Assembly: GCF_009914755.1 (NCBI RefSeq)
Contig: NC_060930.1
Source of the DNA: the human T2T-CHM13v2.0 reference genome, Homo sapiens
Direction: 5' to 3' (one strand)
Length of the DNA stretch: 64,000 nucleotides
In this document: in pieces, positions 1-14,854 of the stretch
How positions within the stretch are numbered: position 1 is the stretch's first letter
How the letters are laid out: each line of letters starts with the position of its first letter
Notes under the pieces: generated by a model
The model's database searches: none
What the model was told of the DNA's origin: nothing
Seen by the model: the letters and a program-made list of their open reading frames with translations, nothing else
Made by a program: the position numbers and the translations under genes

Positions 1-639
1 TTAACCTAGTAGTCGGGTAGGGAATATGTATTTGTGTGGCAGGCACAAATGCAATTTTGGATCGAAGAGAAAGTGATCATGGAATAAAAACCCAAGAGAG
101 GTGAGAAAGCCAACTATAGGTACATGTTGGGTAAAAACCATTCCAGGCAAAGACAGAATCACAAAGAATATTTCTGGTGAATTTCAATAGCAACGTGGAG
201 CTTTGCTGGAGAAATACAAGAGATGAGGAGCATAGATGGTGATGGCATCGAAGAAGCAAGGACGTTGGGAAGAAAATCATACAGAAATAATGATGGTGGT
301 AAGTGGTAAACACAACCGTTTTTTTCTGGTATTGAACCACTGTCCGTCCTTCAAGGCATTTTTATTTTCTTTCTACTTTACCTAAGATAGAAGCCTTGAA
401 CATACATCTTCCCCAATCTGTTTTCTTGAGAACTGTGTGATCACAGGAACACAGCTAATTATAGGGAAGGTCTGTTTCACAATCACAATTATTTTGGCAA
501 CCAATCATCTCCCATGGTACAAAGTTCCATTTGTAAGACACTATTATTCATTTCCTAAATTCATATTTAGTACAAAATGACAGACAGAATGTGTCCTCTA
601 CTGCTGAAGTCCAAAATCACATGATACACTGAAACATGC

Positions 640-775
640 TGACAGGCAGAATTGTGGAATCTCCCTTCCCCAGAAATGTTTAAGAATGAGACTCTTCCCA
701 AAGGGCAAGAGTCCCACCCAAAGGACAGGAGGTAGGTGGGCTTTGATGAGTCCTCTCAACACAGTGATTCTTCTG
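640..775 (+). mobile_element. L3/CR1 (or MIR3) 3' end fragment
   Basis: GGAATCTCCCTTCCCCAGAAATGTTTAAG...GTCCTCTCAACACAGTGATTC resembles the CR1 3' terminus; highly diverged. Confidence 0.45.
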
Positions 776-3685
776 TTATTTCTCTCTAGGGGTCTCTTGT
801 GGGGGTAAATTATTTAGTGATTATGAAGAGATTTTCTTTTCTTCACAGGGAAATAACAAGCTACATAAATCATATACAGATTGCTGTCAAGTTGAAATGT
901 TGCTAAAAACTATGTACCTCCTAACCAGATAGTCTTTTTTAAAAAATACCAGAAGGGTGCTGTCATAAAATTTAATTTGATCCTGAAATGCTTAACAAAG
1001 ACCAAGACATGAGGGAAGCAGAGGTCAGACCCAGACACATGGGTTGGAAAAGAGAATGATGATACAGATTCTAGTGATAGCGCTGTGCTGACACAGAGAC
1101 AGATGAGGAAAAAGACACAGAAACTTTGAAGGTGAAAAACAGGATAAATCAAAGAGGGTAGTCTGAAGAATAAGAAGAGGTTTTAAAATAGCATTTCTCA
1201 GGAAAGTGGTAAGTTGAATCTTCTTTTGTGATGATATCAGGATGTTTCTTTCTACTTTAGAGCAGCTTGAGTTTAAAGAAGGGAGACCATCATCCAGAGA
1301 GTTTAAACAAGTAGGGGTAGGAAAGGCAGTGAGGCAATTGTGACCTAGCCTGGAACATAATTAAACATAACCAAATGACCAATAACTTATTATAACAATA
1401 AAAGAAAACAAAAAACAGTGATAATGTCATTGGGAAAATAAATTTTATCACATCTCTTCATTCACGTCTTTTATTTTTAACTTGTAGAATCTAGATTTTT
1501 TAAAAACTAAAAGTTAAATATAATTCAGTTACATAAATCTAGTCTTGTTTTTATCGAGAGAATGGAAAACTTCAATATATGAAATAGCTGTAGTGTTAAC
1601 TTTTAGAGCAAAAATTTTAAACAAACATGTTGACCTATTGTGAATAGTATGAAATGGAAAGTAAATTATTCTGGGAAAAAGTCAGTTCCAATATGGATGC
1701 CAAGAGCACTAGCCACCTCATTTTGCTTGGCTGCTATTCTAATGTCTGGGCAATTCTTGATGGGTTCGGAAGTTAAGGAAGTCATGGATGGGTATGGAAT
1801 GCACCTTGGAGTTAGAATCACTTTTCTCTGGTGAGAAGGAGTAAGAAGAGGAAAATTCCATGTATTGGATTCCTCTATATAAAGAACCACCTTTTAAAAT
1901 AACTTAGAAATGTTGTTCATGAGTTTCAGAACTCCACAGAGCTGGAAATTTTGGCAACATAAGCCTATATGCCCATAGAGCTCTTAATCATGAGAATGAG
2001 TCCACGTGATGCCAGTATAGATGCAATTATACTATTCATACAGAATAGAATTCTTCTTCTGCTGGTGAACAATTTGGAAAATATAAACTATACTTTTTTA
2101 AGATAAATTACTTATTTTGTATTATTACAGATGTTTATCAGAAAGATAAGCTTTATGAGGTTTATATTTTATATAAATAAAATAGAGATTTATTAATAGC
2201 TCACTTTCAGTTAATTTGACAATGACGGACTTGCATTGCCAAGGATTTTCGGAATACAATTTCTGTGAGGCATTGAAATAGTTTTTATTCTAATATCTTA
2301 ATATTCAAAACCTAATGTAAGGCTTGGGTAGTTTCATATTCTCTTCTCCCAGTTCACCAATGATGGCTTTACACAAGTAGATACAATGAAACTTGGAATA
2401 AAATATTGCATTTACTGTCTAAACATTTGTATCTAGCCCAAGCACAAATAAATGTACTACTTTGGCATGAGCTTGAATCCCAGACATGATTATGATTCAG
2501 ATTACACCAGAATTTTACCAGAATTCAGCAAGTTTTCTACATTTTCTCTCTTCTAACATTAATACTCTCAGCTTGGGGTAAATAAACAATGTGAAGAGTC
2601 CATATTCTTCTTAGTAGAAATTCTGAAACGTGTGTAGCAAAAAAACTATACTTCTTTTAACTACAGAAAGACACACCAAAGAGTGGGGTAGACAGTCCAA
2701 GGAGTGGTACTTCACTGCATTAGTGAAGGGGAATAAGAAAGGCAGAGGAATGAAAGGCATGGGACTCAAAAAGGCAACGTTTCTTGCTCAGACCTGAAGG
2801 CACTTCCGCCTTTTATTGAAGTAGATGATGCCATAACGTTTGTTGTAGGAAATGATCAGTTTTGATACAATGAAAAATATGGTTTGCACAGTAATTTTCT
2901 TGACTGCAGTCCACTCCAGTGTCCTTTATCTTAGTGTGTCTTCTGTGAAGGCTTTAGCCACAGAGCACTAGGGCTGCACTCCTATGTCTTAGCATTGAGA
3001 CTAGCCTTAAGTTCAAGACCCTGGACTCTGAGGTGATCCTTCAGGTCCAACTTTATAAAGGTGGTGACATTTTATTAAAACATATTGAAAGGATTAGAAG
3101 AAAACACATTCAGACAAAGCATCTTCCACAGGCCAAAGTGTTAACTAGATGTTTACAAAGTCAAAAAATCTTAGCTCTGAGAGGTACTTGAGGGCTTAAT
3201 CCTCTTATTTTCTTCTAAATTGATAAATATAGAAAACTGAAGTCCCCCAAAATTAAAAAACCTTTAACACACCTTGAACAAACACTTAATAACTGTGTGA
3301 GAAAGAATGATTTGGCCACATTTTAGTTAGCATACAAGAGAGTTAGAAATAAAACTCAGATTTTTCTCGTTCTTTTTAATACATTTTCCATCACCCACCA
3401 CATTTATGCCCTTGTCCCAGTATCCAAGCTCTCATGGGTGTGATTCCATTCTCAGGTGGACCACTCAGTACATGACTTAGGAAAGGGTAATTTCCTTCTG
3501 TCTCAGGGGTTTATGTTTTATATCTTTCAAAAATTAAGAATGTATCTCCCAGTTCAGTGCCCATCCTTGCTGTAATTACAGTTTACTGGCAGCCACAACT
3601 AATCCATGAGCAAATAATGCATACTGGCATTCCTTAAAAATGAGTGATTAACAATAGATTATTTTCTCCTATAAATTTAAAGCTG

Positions 3686-3733
3686 ACTCTAGCCTGGGCT
3701 ACAGAGGGAGACTCCATCTCAAAAAAAAAAAAA
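3686..3733 (+). mobile_element. Extremely 5'-truncated Alu (last ~35 nt plus polyA)
   Basis: ACTCTAGCCTGGGCTACAGAGGGAGACTCCATCTC followed by A13; degenerate TSD AAATTTAAAGCTGAC / AAAATTAAAATTGAC. Confidence 0.85.
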
Positions 3734-5119
3734 GAAAATTAAAATTGACAAATGATAATTCAGAACCCCTTATTTGAAGCTTACGAAAAGATAAGTTACT
3801 ATCATCTTTATCATTTTCATAAATAGATGCCAGAAAATTTGACCTTGTGGTAATGTACATTTCGTTCATCTACAGTCCAACTGCAAATAATTCCTCACAA
3901 GGGTGACTGACAAGGTGGGTCCATAGTTGGTGTAACAACCAAAACTCTTTTATGTCAATTAGTATAGAATATTTATCTTTAGCTAGACATCCAAAGGCTT
4001 TCCTCTCATCTTAAAGGAAAGCCAATTGGCTAACAAACAAGAGACTTTTTATACCAGTGACTTATTGATATTACCTTCCCAATCTTGGCAGTCTATGAGC
4101 AATCAAAATTAAGATGTTAGAAATTATACTTACATATCTGCTTCTCAATACTGCACTAAATCATGAAGTAAACATATCAGAAAGTTCCTATTTTTATTTT
4201 CTAATTAATCCTAATATGTAGCATATGGATAATTTTAAAATTAAAGACAACTTTTTTCAATAATGTTCTTGTCTTTTCCTTTCTAAATATCTTATTGTCT
4301 TCCTTTCCATTGTTCATTTCTTTGCTCTATTATCCTTAAGTTGTATGGATTTTCCCGCCAGCTTTACGTAAACAATCCTTCTAACTACATTTTTATAATA
4401 TATATTTGTGTTATATTTTCATTAAACATTATGAAAAATCAGTTTCTGCCCTATCATATTTAAATTAACCATAACATTCATATTTTTTCTTTTTCAATTC
4501 ATAAGATAGCATATAAAACTATTGCCATATATCTCCATATGTTTAAAATCTCTATTAAATTGTTTTATAAATTAAAACTGAAACTAAGTCATTTTAAAGA
4601 AATGTTTGGCCATCAGATTTGGGTGTATCTAATGTGTTTGCTCATTTTCCTCTAGTAAGAAACACTCTGGGAAAATCTGTAGGGGGGAATTACTATGGAC
4701 AACAAGAAGTAATTTTGCTTTTGTTATCCAGGCCTTGTCTTCTAGATTGATTATAACCATGCTGAGGAAAACAGAACTCCTGAAGCAATTAACATACTCT
4801 TTGGACAAGAAGAGTAAAGAAATCAGCAAAATTATGGTGACTGGGTGACCCAACAGAGAGGAATTAACTTACTATTAGACATTGGTCTGAAAATGAAATG
4901 TAATGTGGTGAGAGGAAATAGTTCTGATTTATAAACAGTTACAAGACAAATTGCTATACCATCCAAAGAAGAGGTTTTAACATCCTAATCAGAGAAAAAA
5001 AAAAGTGTTTTACATAACAGAAGACTGTTGATGAAGGAAACATAACAGGCTTAACTGTTCTTGTCATACCCGTAAGATGACACTATTTCTGCATTTCAGC
5101 CCATTTCAAATGTAGGTAT

Positions 5120-5360
5120 GATCAAGAGACCATGTTTTCTAGGTTCTAATCCTGACTTTATCACATTACTTACTAGCTACATATATTTGGGCAAGTTACC
5201 TAATCATCTTGCCTCAGTTTTTTTTTTTTCAATCTGTAAAGTAAGGATAACACATTAGTACCTACCTCTAAGGGTTGTTGTGAGAATTAAATGAGATATA
5301 CATAAAGCATTTATAATGATGTTTGGCAGATAGTATGCGCTATAGAAAATTATTAGCTGC
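5120..5360 (+). mobile_element. MIR SINE
   Basis: MIR core TTGGGCAAGTTACCTAA...GCCTCAGTTT...CTGTAAA...GGTTGTTGTGAGAATTAAATGAG. Confidence 0.8.
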
Positions 5361-5499
5361 ATTTAGTGTTATTTCTGGAAAGTTCTTACATAATTCAACT
5401 CATGCCTTGCTCCTTCCTCCCCATCTTTTAACCTTTGTTTCATCTAAGCAGGTCTCCTGTCTGCCTCCACACCCACTTACTTTTCTGTCTCTAGGCATA

Positions 5500-6245
5500 A
5501 TAGTTTTCCAGGGCTGCCTTTAAAAGCACAGGTGAAGTATTCCTTATCCAAAATGCTTGGGACCAGAGGTGTTTTGGATTTCAGATTCAGGAATATTTGT
5601 ATATACATAATGAGTCATCTTGGTGATGGGATCCAAGACTACACATAAGATTTATTTATGTTTCATATAAACCTTATACACATGGCCTGAAGGTAATTTA
5701 TACAATATTTTAAATAATTTTGTGTATGAAACAGTTTCAACTGCATTTGGCTGCAGGGGTGAAATTTTCCAATTGTGGCATCATGTCAATGCTCAAAACA
5801 TTTGATTTTGGATTTTGGATTTTTCAATTAAGGATGTTCAACCTATACTACAAATTGGATGCATTATAACAACGGAAATGTATTGTCTCACAATTCTAAA
5901 GTCCAAAATCAAGGTATCAGTAATGTTGATCCCTTCTGAAGGACCTAAGGGAGAATCTACTCCATGCCTCTTTTCTGGTGCAATCCTTGGTGTTTCCCGG
6001 CTCCTTGACAAACTATTTCAATCTCTGCCTCTCTCATCACATGGCATTCTCTTCCATGTCCGTGTCCAAATTTCCCTCATCTTATAAGGACACTAATCAT
6101 TTGATTAGGACCCACTCTAATGCAGTATGACCTCATCTTAGCTGGGTTACATTTGCAAAGATGCTAATTCCAAATAAGGTCACATTCACAGGCAATGGGG
6201 GTTAGGAGTTGAACATATATTTTGGGGACACGATTTAACACAAAA
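5500..6245 (-). mobile_element. MLT1 (ERVL-MaLR) solo LTR interrupted by Tigger4b
   Basis: CCAGGGCTGCC...(insert)...CTACAAATTGG...CTCACAATTCT...TATGACCTCATCTTA...CCAAATAAGGTCACATTC. Confidence 0.8.
5529..5845. mobile_element. Tigger4b/MER46-type (Zombi) non-autonomous DNA transposon
   Basis: TIR-like ends CAGGTGAAGTATTCCTTATCCAAAATGCTTGGGACCAG ... AAGGATGTTCAACCTA; TA on the right and CA (mutated TA) on the left; the MLT1 host reads through once it is removed. Confidence 0.8.
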
Positions 6246-7229
6246 ATTAGGCTTTTGTTCAAACAGCTACATATTCTTGAAATTCTCTCCCTCTCATCTG
6301 CCTTCTGTATTTTTCCTCCCATCCTTCATAGCTGACTTGGTTTTTAAAATACCCCTAAGTACTACTGCATTCATCTCTCTTCATATTGCCAAGCCATTGA
6401 GAACTTAATGTATCCAATATGTTAGTTCTCCAGCAAAGCTAGACTCTGAATAAGTGGATCCTAGGATACTTTCTAGTCCCCATGGTACTAACACTCTGTT
6501 GGTCAAAGTGGACCCTTTATAAACATTATTGATGAGTTTACCACTGTGTTAGTTTAATAAATGTATCTATGTATTGTTTGCCTCTGTTTATGAAGTAATT
6601 CTAGAATGAAGGAAAAACATATCCCAGTTGTGTCATATTATGATGCCTATCAGACCAGAGAAAATAGCTTGAAAGCTCTTTCATGAGCCATTTTAACAAA
6701 AAGCATGAAGCCTTTGGTCCTTGTTCAAAAGCAACTTAAAATCTAGCTAGGAAGACAAGGACTAAAGTGAGAACAATTAGAGGAAAAGAAAGCTTCATGT
6801 TTTGTGGCATTATATAGTTATAGGCTCTATTTATAAATTCTGACACAATGATAACTAGAAAACAAGGCAACATATGATAAGGGCAAACTGTAGGTTCAAA
6901 ATAGAAAAGAAGAGATCAAAGTTACTCTTTAAACACATAGCTGGTTTTAGACATCTTGTAGATTTGGGGAGGGGTTGTTTTCTTTTGCTTCAGTTAATTC
7001 ATGAAAAAGATGTTGATGTCATTTGATTATGTAACAATTAGAATATTGCTCTATCATTTAGGGGTTTTGCAGTGTGTCTTTTTAATCCATTCACCAATCA
7101 AGTGACAGAAAGCTGATTCACTGCCATAAATGTCATACAATATCACAGGTGCCACAAAGATCTTGACACAATAGTTCTTTTTTGCACTGGCTACAGTCAA
7201 ATTTGAAATCACAGGACTAGAAGAAACAT

Positions 7230-7575
7230 CCCTGACTGTTCCCTCCTAGGATTACTCTGACTAAAGAATTTCAACCCACATATTACAGCCAAAAGCTGTC
7301 TGCCAGAAGCTTTAACTCATTGGTCCTAGATGTGTTGGGCCACTCAAGACCAAGTTTAATCCTTCTCCCACATGACAACCTTTCAAACAGCTGAAAGCAG
7401 TTATCATTCTCACTGCATTTTCCCTCTCTCTAGCTTAAGCGGTATGACATGTTATCATAATCCTTCCCTCCTGACCACTCTCACTTGTGTGTGCCCCACC
7501 TTGTCTATCACGCCGTTAAAGGGTGATGTCCAGAACTGAATGCAACTTTCAGGTGTCCACTGACAGCCACAGCAT
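7230..7575 (-). mobile_element. L3/CR1 LINE fragment
   Basis: CCTTTCAAACAGCTGAAAGCAGTTATCAT and CCAGAACTGAATGCAACTTTCAGGTGT resemble antisense CR1 ORF2. Confidence 0.6.
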
Positions 7576-7903
7576 ATTTATAGCAATAATGCCTCCGAAA
7601 CAGCTCATGTCTCTTATCTCTTCTCCATCCTCACAGAGTGAGCCGAGATCTTTATAATAGAGAAATTCCTTTAATAGCTTCCTTCCTGGACCACTTACCA
7701 CCACAATCTTCATGCTATTCTTCTTCTTTTCTGTAATATAGATATTATAATAGGATAATAGTACTTCTATAAAGATTTTTAGAGGCCCTCTATTTTCAAC
7801 ATAAATATCAATAAAATTTAATTCCTTAGGAAGACAGGGAAGTATAGCAACAAGTATTTTGGCATTATTACCAGTTCAATTTCTGCCAACTTCCTATTTA
7901 TTT

Positions 7904-8294
7904 TGACTTGAATTGTATACCCCCAAAAGTCATATGTTGAAGTACTAATCCCCCGCTCCTCTACCTCAGAATGTGACCTTACTGGGAATGAGGTCATTGC
8001 ACATGTAGTTAAGATGAGCCTTTGGAGTAGGCTCTAATCCACTATGATTGATGTCTTTATAAAAAGGAGAAATTTGGACACAGACACACACAGAGGCCAC
8101 ACGAAGATGCAAACAGTCATCTACAAGCCAAGGAGAGAGGCCTGAAACCATTTCTTCCCTCACAGCTGTCAGAAGGAACCAACCCTGCCAACATCTTGAC
8201 TTCAGATTTTTAGCCTCCAGAACTGTGAGATGACTTCTTTTATTTAAGCCCCCCAGTTCGTGGAGCTTTGTTACAGCCCTGAAACACTTATACA
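7904..8294 (+). mobile_element. MLT1B/C-type solo LTR
   Basis: CCCCAAAAGTCATATGTTGAAGT...CAGAATGTGACCTTA...GGAACCAACCCTGCC...CCTCCAGAACTGTGAGA...TTATACA. Confidence 0.85.
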
Positions 8295-8349
8295 TCACTC
8301 TTACCCATTCTCCACAAAACAGTCCTGAGCTCCAATTAACTAAGATGTT

Positions 8350-9130
<781 letters not shown>

Positions 9131-9410
9131 GGAAACAAAGAACATGCAATTGTTCTTCATTACCAAATTCATTCATTCATTACCAAACTTCACTCCTTCA
9201 TTATTCTTTCTGTGATCCCCACAGAAGGTATGAGGCATCATGAGTACAATAAAAAACACATACTTGCACATGTTTGCATGCACAAAGCAAATATGGTCCC
9301 TGCTTCTATATTACATATTATTTGAGATAATATTTAACATGAGAAAGCTTAAGTATTTATATGAAGGTATAAAATAAAAATATCCTACAGCAAGTAAAAA
9401 TATAATCAAT

Positions 9411-9514
9411 GGTGTATATGTGCCACATTTTCTTAATCCAGTAACAAACCTGCACGTTGTGCACATGTACCCTAGAACTTAAAGTATAATAAAAAAAAGA
9501 AAAAAATATATATA
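9411..9514 (+). mobile_element. Miniature 5'-inverted L1PA (twin priming)
   Basis: Antisense L1 GGTGTATATGTGCCACATTTTCTTAATCCAGT fused to sense 3' end GTAACAAACCTGCACGTTGTGCACATGTACCCTAGAACTTAAAGTATAAT+polyA; TSD TATAATCAAT at 9401-9410 and 9515-9524. Confidence 0.88.
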
Positions 9515-9574
9515 TATAATCAATATGCAGAAAGTAGGAGGCAGAGTCTAGAAAGAAAAGATATCCTCTAGTCA

Positions 9575-9783
9575 AGGAATTCTCAAACAGGAATGATGTT
9601 GTACCACAAGGGACAATTGGCAATATATGGAGATATTTTTTGTCTTAACTAGGGAATGGGAAGCTTTCACTGGCATTTAGTACCTAGAGGTGAGGGATGC
9701 TACTAAATAATGCACAGAACATCTTGCAACAAAAAAATTATCCAGTCCAAAATGCCAATAGTCCTATGGTTGAGAAGTCCTGT
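9575..9783 (+). mobile_element. MER20 (hAT-Charlie)
   Basis: TTCTCAAAC...GGGACAATTGGCAATATATGGAGATATTTTT...GGGATGCTACTAAA...GTTGAGAAGTCCTG. Confidence 0.85.
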
Positions 9784-10039
9784 TTTAGACTGAAGATTCA
9801 TACCAATGCTGGAAAATCTGGGCATGACAGCATCCCCTGTCATTATAGCTGCCCCCTTTCAATAGTCCATTTTATTTGAAACTATTAGGAGAAGTAAAAC
9901 GATGTTTCAAACCCTGGAGGCAGACGTCTCTTGTTCCTGATGCCCTTTCCTAAGCACCTGGGATGCAAAAATGGGAATGACTGTCTCTGCCTTCCTGGAG
10001 CCCAGAGTCCAGGAGAGACAGCCTTCCAGTGAGGCCACC

Positions 10040-10433
10040 TGTTATGGGAAAAAACTGAGACTATAATGTCCCTTCAAACTGGGAAGGAGCCAAGAGACCA
10101 AAGAATGACTCAGACAAGTCCAGCTTGGTGTGTAGATTTTATTACGACTTACATACAGGGCATTCCTGGGTGACAGCAGGACAGTTCCAGAGATTGGTGC
10201 CCCCTCCCAACTCTAAGCTGCTTTTAAGCTAATTTTCTGGCTCTTTGCCTACTGTAAGCAATAAGACTCTTTTCCTTGGTATGTTCCCAGATACCTTCTG
10301 GGATGGTTTCGGTTCTCAGAGACTCGTGCTCCTCAGGTGGTCACCATGGTCTTGGCTCACCAACTAGCCTTCAGAGTTTAAGCAGCAAACATTTCACCCC
10401 TACGCAACCTGGTGGGTGTCTCATCACACTACA
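10040..10433 (-). mobile_element. Complete ERVL solo LTR (LTR47A-like)
   Basis: TG...CA termini with 5-bp TSD CCACC (10035-10039 and 10434-10438); AATAAA on minus strand; matches recalled LTR47A motifs such as AAGCTGCTTTTAAGCTAATTTTCTGGCTCTTTGCCTAC. Confidence 0.8.
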
Positions 10434-11304
10434 CCACCCAGATAGTCACCTCCTCTGAGTCCAGCTCTTATCTGGACCTCTCTGTCTCATGTTATAACTG
10501 CTCATAGATGTGTGTACCTCCTATTAGGGCACAAGCTTCCATAGGGGAGACCTTATCTTATTCATCTCTGGATCCTCAGGGTCTATAAATGTTGTTGAAT
10601 GACACATTTGAGGGGAAGTAATAAGGAGTGGTGCTTCACTCTAGTCTCCACATTGTCAAATAAGTAAGGTGTGTTACGTGTGAACATAGAAAGATGTGTG
10701 AAGCACCATAAAAGCTGCCTGCATCTATATTTCTGCATCTCAGATTCTAGCACCACTCTATATCCCTAATGAGAAGACAAAGTTAGCTTTAATATCCTTT
10801 TCATGTAAAATTAAAGCTCACTGAGGTGTCTCTGAATTGGAAATCTCCTGTTTCAGGAAAGCCTGGTCTTTTTCAGGACTGCCCTGTGTCATTGATGGTG
10901 ATTGCTATTTTTAGATCATTGAATATGTTAACTAATGCTTCATTTTTACTTTCATTTAAGGTCTGTCCTCTCTTTTTCACTGATTAATATGTCCCAAAAT
11001 TTTTTTTTACTATTTGTTTGAATAAATAGCCTTGTAACATTTTACTCCCACGTGGTTTAATAGTCACTGGAAAACTGTCATTTAAAAATACTTCCTCCCG
11101 TATGCAAACATCTGGCCTACCCATTTAGCATTTTGAAATAAGTAGTAATTATCTAACTCTGTTTTGGCATGATGTTGGGTGACAACTTAAAACTCCAGCA
11201 TCTATTCCCAAACCTGGTGACTGTTACTGAGCAGGATTCACTTTGTGGGAAGACTGGAGTTTAATTTAGCACCACATACTCTTGCCTTCCAAAATCCAAA
11301 ATTA

Positions 11305-11607
<303 letters not shown>

Positions 11608-11989
11608 TCAAAATTAAGTGCTTGGCACTACTTAGCCACATATTAAGTGAAATCAGAAAAGTCAAAATGTGCCCAGGTTAGACATAGAAGAGGCAAGAAA
11701 TGTTTGCAATTTGGATTCTGAAATTATGACATCCTAGGATTCATAGTTCTTTACAAAAAAAAATAATAAGAAGAGGGAGGAGATGAAAGGGAAAGAGAGG
11801 AACCTATGAAGCATTACTGGAGACACTGTCATGAGCAGGAGTTTGTTTAGGCTCACCAATAAGGCTGGCCCTTTGGCATCTCTTCCCCTAAGCTCTTTGG
11901 AATAGAGTCTTATTAGAATAGTACTGAGGTGGTTTAGGCAGGTCTTACTTAATTCTCCAAGCTCTACAAACGGGGTGTGCCCATTTTTG

Positions 11990-12407
11990 AAAGAGATTGG
12001 CTAGCTAATTATCAAACTTGTTTCTTCTCCTCCTGGGGCCTACAGAGGGTCTACATTTCTTAAACTCCCTGTGGAGGAGGGTTATCACTGGGTTCTGGAC
12101 AATGTAATCTGAGCAGAGGCCATGTATGTCACATGCCATTAACAGTGGCCTTCCTTCTTCTGCTAGCTTGACACAGATGAGCACAGTAACCTGGGACGCC
12201 CTGTGTTAAGGGCAGAGTTCAACGACAGAAGGGGCCTGGGTTGCCAAATCACTGCTTGGAAGGAAGTGTCAGATGACCATGAACACTCATTTTAGACTCT
12301 TTATGGAATTCTTATAGAAACAAATTATAGTAATATGACCTGCCAAATCACTGAGATTAGGGGGTTTAATCTGTTGTAGCAGCTAATGTTACCTTAACTA
12401 ATATACA
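11990..12407 (+). mobile_element. MLT1J/I-type LTR
   Basis: CTACATTTC...CTCCCTG; terminal CACTGAGATTAGGGGGTT...TGTTGTAGCAGC...AACTAATATACA. Confidence 0.6.
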
Positions 12408-14459
12408 GTCTCTCTTTAGAGAATTACTTAGAGAGCTTCAGGGAAAGGGAGATTTAAAAGGGGGAGCAATAGACAACTGGGGACTTATTTATTAATTCAT
12501 TCATTCTTTCAACAAAGATTAAGTTCCTGCTATATGTTTGTTGATATTCTATTAAGTAGAGATAGGGAAGTGAACAAAACAGCAACATATCTATCCATGT
12601 GGAACTTTTATTCTAATAGAGAAAAGGGAGACAGGGTGATAATGTGTAAGTAAAATATATAAGAGTAAATGTATACTATGAAAAATATCAGAAAAGGGAC
12701 AGAATGAATCCTAGTGGCAGAGAGCAAGGGGTAGGAAATGTGACTCACTCTGATGGAATCGTGCCTGGTTTAGAGTCTAAGTGACACCTGCGGCCACTGA
12801 CTTACACAGGGGAGAGAGTGTCATGAGGATAGTCTTGATGGTGTAGGACAGGTGGTAGTTGTGAAACTGGGAATGTTGTGGGTGGGCTAGAAGAGTTGGG
12901 ATGTTGTAAGACCAACCAGAGATTCCTAGATCCATCATTCTAGAATATAGTGTTCCATAAAGATGTGTATACTTTAATAATAAGGAAATAACATAGGTGC
13001 TTATACAGAACACAAACATTTATAAGCAGAAATAAAGAGAAACTAAGAGCAATAAATCTTCTAGCTGAAATGTGTAGCTTCTACTTTTGCCTATGCACAT
13101 GAAAGAAAGTTTAAAACTATATAGAATTGGAGGGTAAAAAGTTACAAAGTAAAATATAATTAAAATTCAGAACTACATTAAAAATAATAGTGCTGTGATG
13201 GCAACACATTAGGCACAGCTTCTACCAATCATAAGAAAAGAATTAAGGTCAGAAGCAAAAGAAAGAGATAAGTAATACTTATATTCAGGTATACCTGCTT
13301 TGAGAAAACTGAATACAATACACAAAAACTCAACCCCACAAAACAGATAACTTAGGGAGTGATTTTTTTAATGCTCAAAATAAAAGGATTTATTGCTCTA
13401 GAAGAGTCACTTTAGGATTATTTTAAATACAGAATTTTCAATGGGCGTCTATCCCAAATAGATGAAAACTTGCCAAGCCAAGGATTTTTCTAGACATGAG
13501 ACATTTAATATAAGGATTTGGAAAAGCATTGAACACATGCCAGAATCATTTATACACATTTGTTTCATATAACAAAATATGTATAAAGAAATGTATTTTC
13601 TCAATTTTTGCAGGTTATAGATATTGTAGATATTCACAGAACATGGAGAAGTGAATATTATCAAACATTTATTTTAATAAGTATGTACCAAATGAGATAC
13701 ATATAACATTTCTCCATTGTAAGAGCAGTTACTGGCAACCACACTCTTGGTAACCGCCATTATCATCAGATATTCCAACAAATAGGACCAAAGCAAAGTT
13801 AACCACAGAAAACTGAGTGACTCCATGGGTAAAAATCAACTTTACACATATACAGAATAGAGAGTTATACCAGCTATGAAGCCTACAGCTTTGAACTATA
13901 GAAATTGAAATGGCAGTTTATAAACAATAGAAATGGATTAAAAATTAAATGGTCCTGGCTAGTGATTAAAAATAAAATGCTAAAGTAATATCCATCAAAA
14001 ATGTTCACAAGATAAAGAGAAAAGCACAACTCCTGGGGTTGTGCTCAGGGGCTGCCAGGAGGTAACAGGGAAGGGAAGGAAAGGAAAGGAGAAACCAGGC
14101 AGATCACGTCTGTGACTGAACTCTTTCAACTAGAGAATCTCTACTTTAGCCGTTGTTAAAAATGGAATTCAATGTAAGCTTACAGAATGATTCACCTGCT
14201 AATTTTTTTATAATTTTATAAAACATTTATAATTTTATAATGAGTATAATTTGATCATTCATTATACACAGGACTATATCCCAGAAAGATATAGTGACTT
14301 TCCCAAAATCTCTCAGCTAATTAATGCTAACCCAAGTCTCCAGTTTACCAAATCTGCTACACTTCCAGTTGATGGTGGTATTATATAAATATACTAGAAC
14401 CTATAGCACCTATTGGATAAACAGATTAGAGAAAATTACTATCACAGAAAAACTGAAAA

Positions 14460-14690
14460 TAAAAGATACATAGGTAGCATGTACTATCTTCTTACTATAT
14501 GTCAGGCATGATTCTAAACATTTTATAATTATTAACTCATTTAATACTGGAAACGAGTCCTACTCTATACATTGGAAAAGAAAATACAAAAGTGTCAATT
14601 TGCCTTCCCAAAGTGACACACAGGAGTAGACATATTTTAAACCTAAGTGGTCGGATTCTTAATACCCCATGCTCTTAACCATTCTTAAAG
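14460..14690 (-). mobile_element. MIR SINE
   Basis: CTTACTATATGTCAGGCA...TATTAACTCATTTAAT...CCCAAAGTGACACA...TGCTCTTAACCA. Confidence 0.7.
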
Positions 14691-14854
14691 GATGTAGCAT
14701 ATAAAGATGCAGCACATAACAGTGGTGGCCCCAGGAGGCTTAGAAAGGACATGACACAGAATAGGACTGGAATAGGACCAACAAAGTAAACAATCTGAGA
14801 GATCAGAGATGGGAAAATTGCAAGATTTTTAAAGATAGGTTTGACTTTGATATT

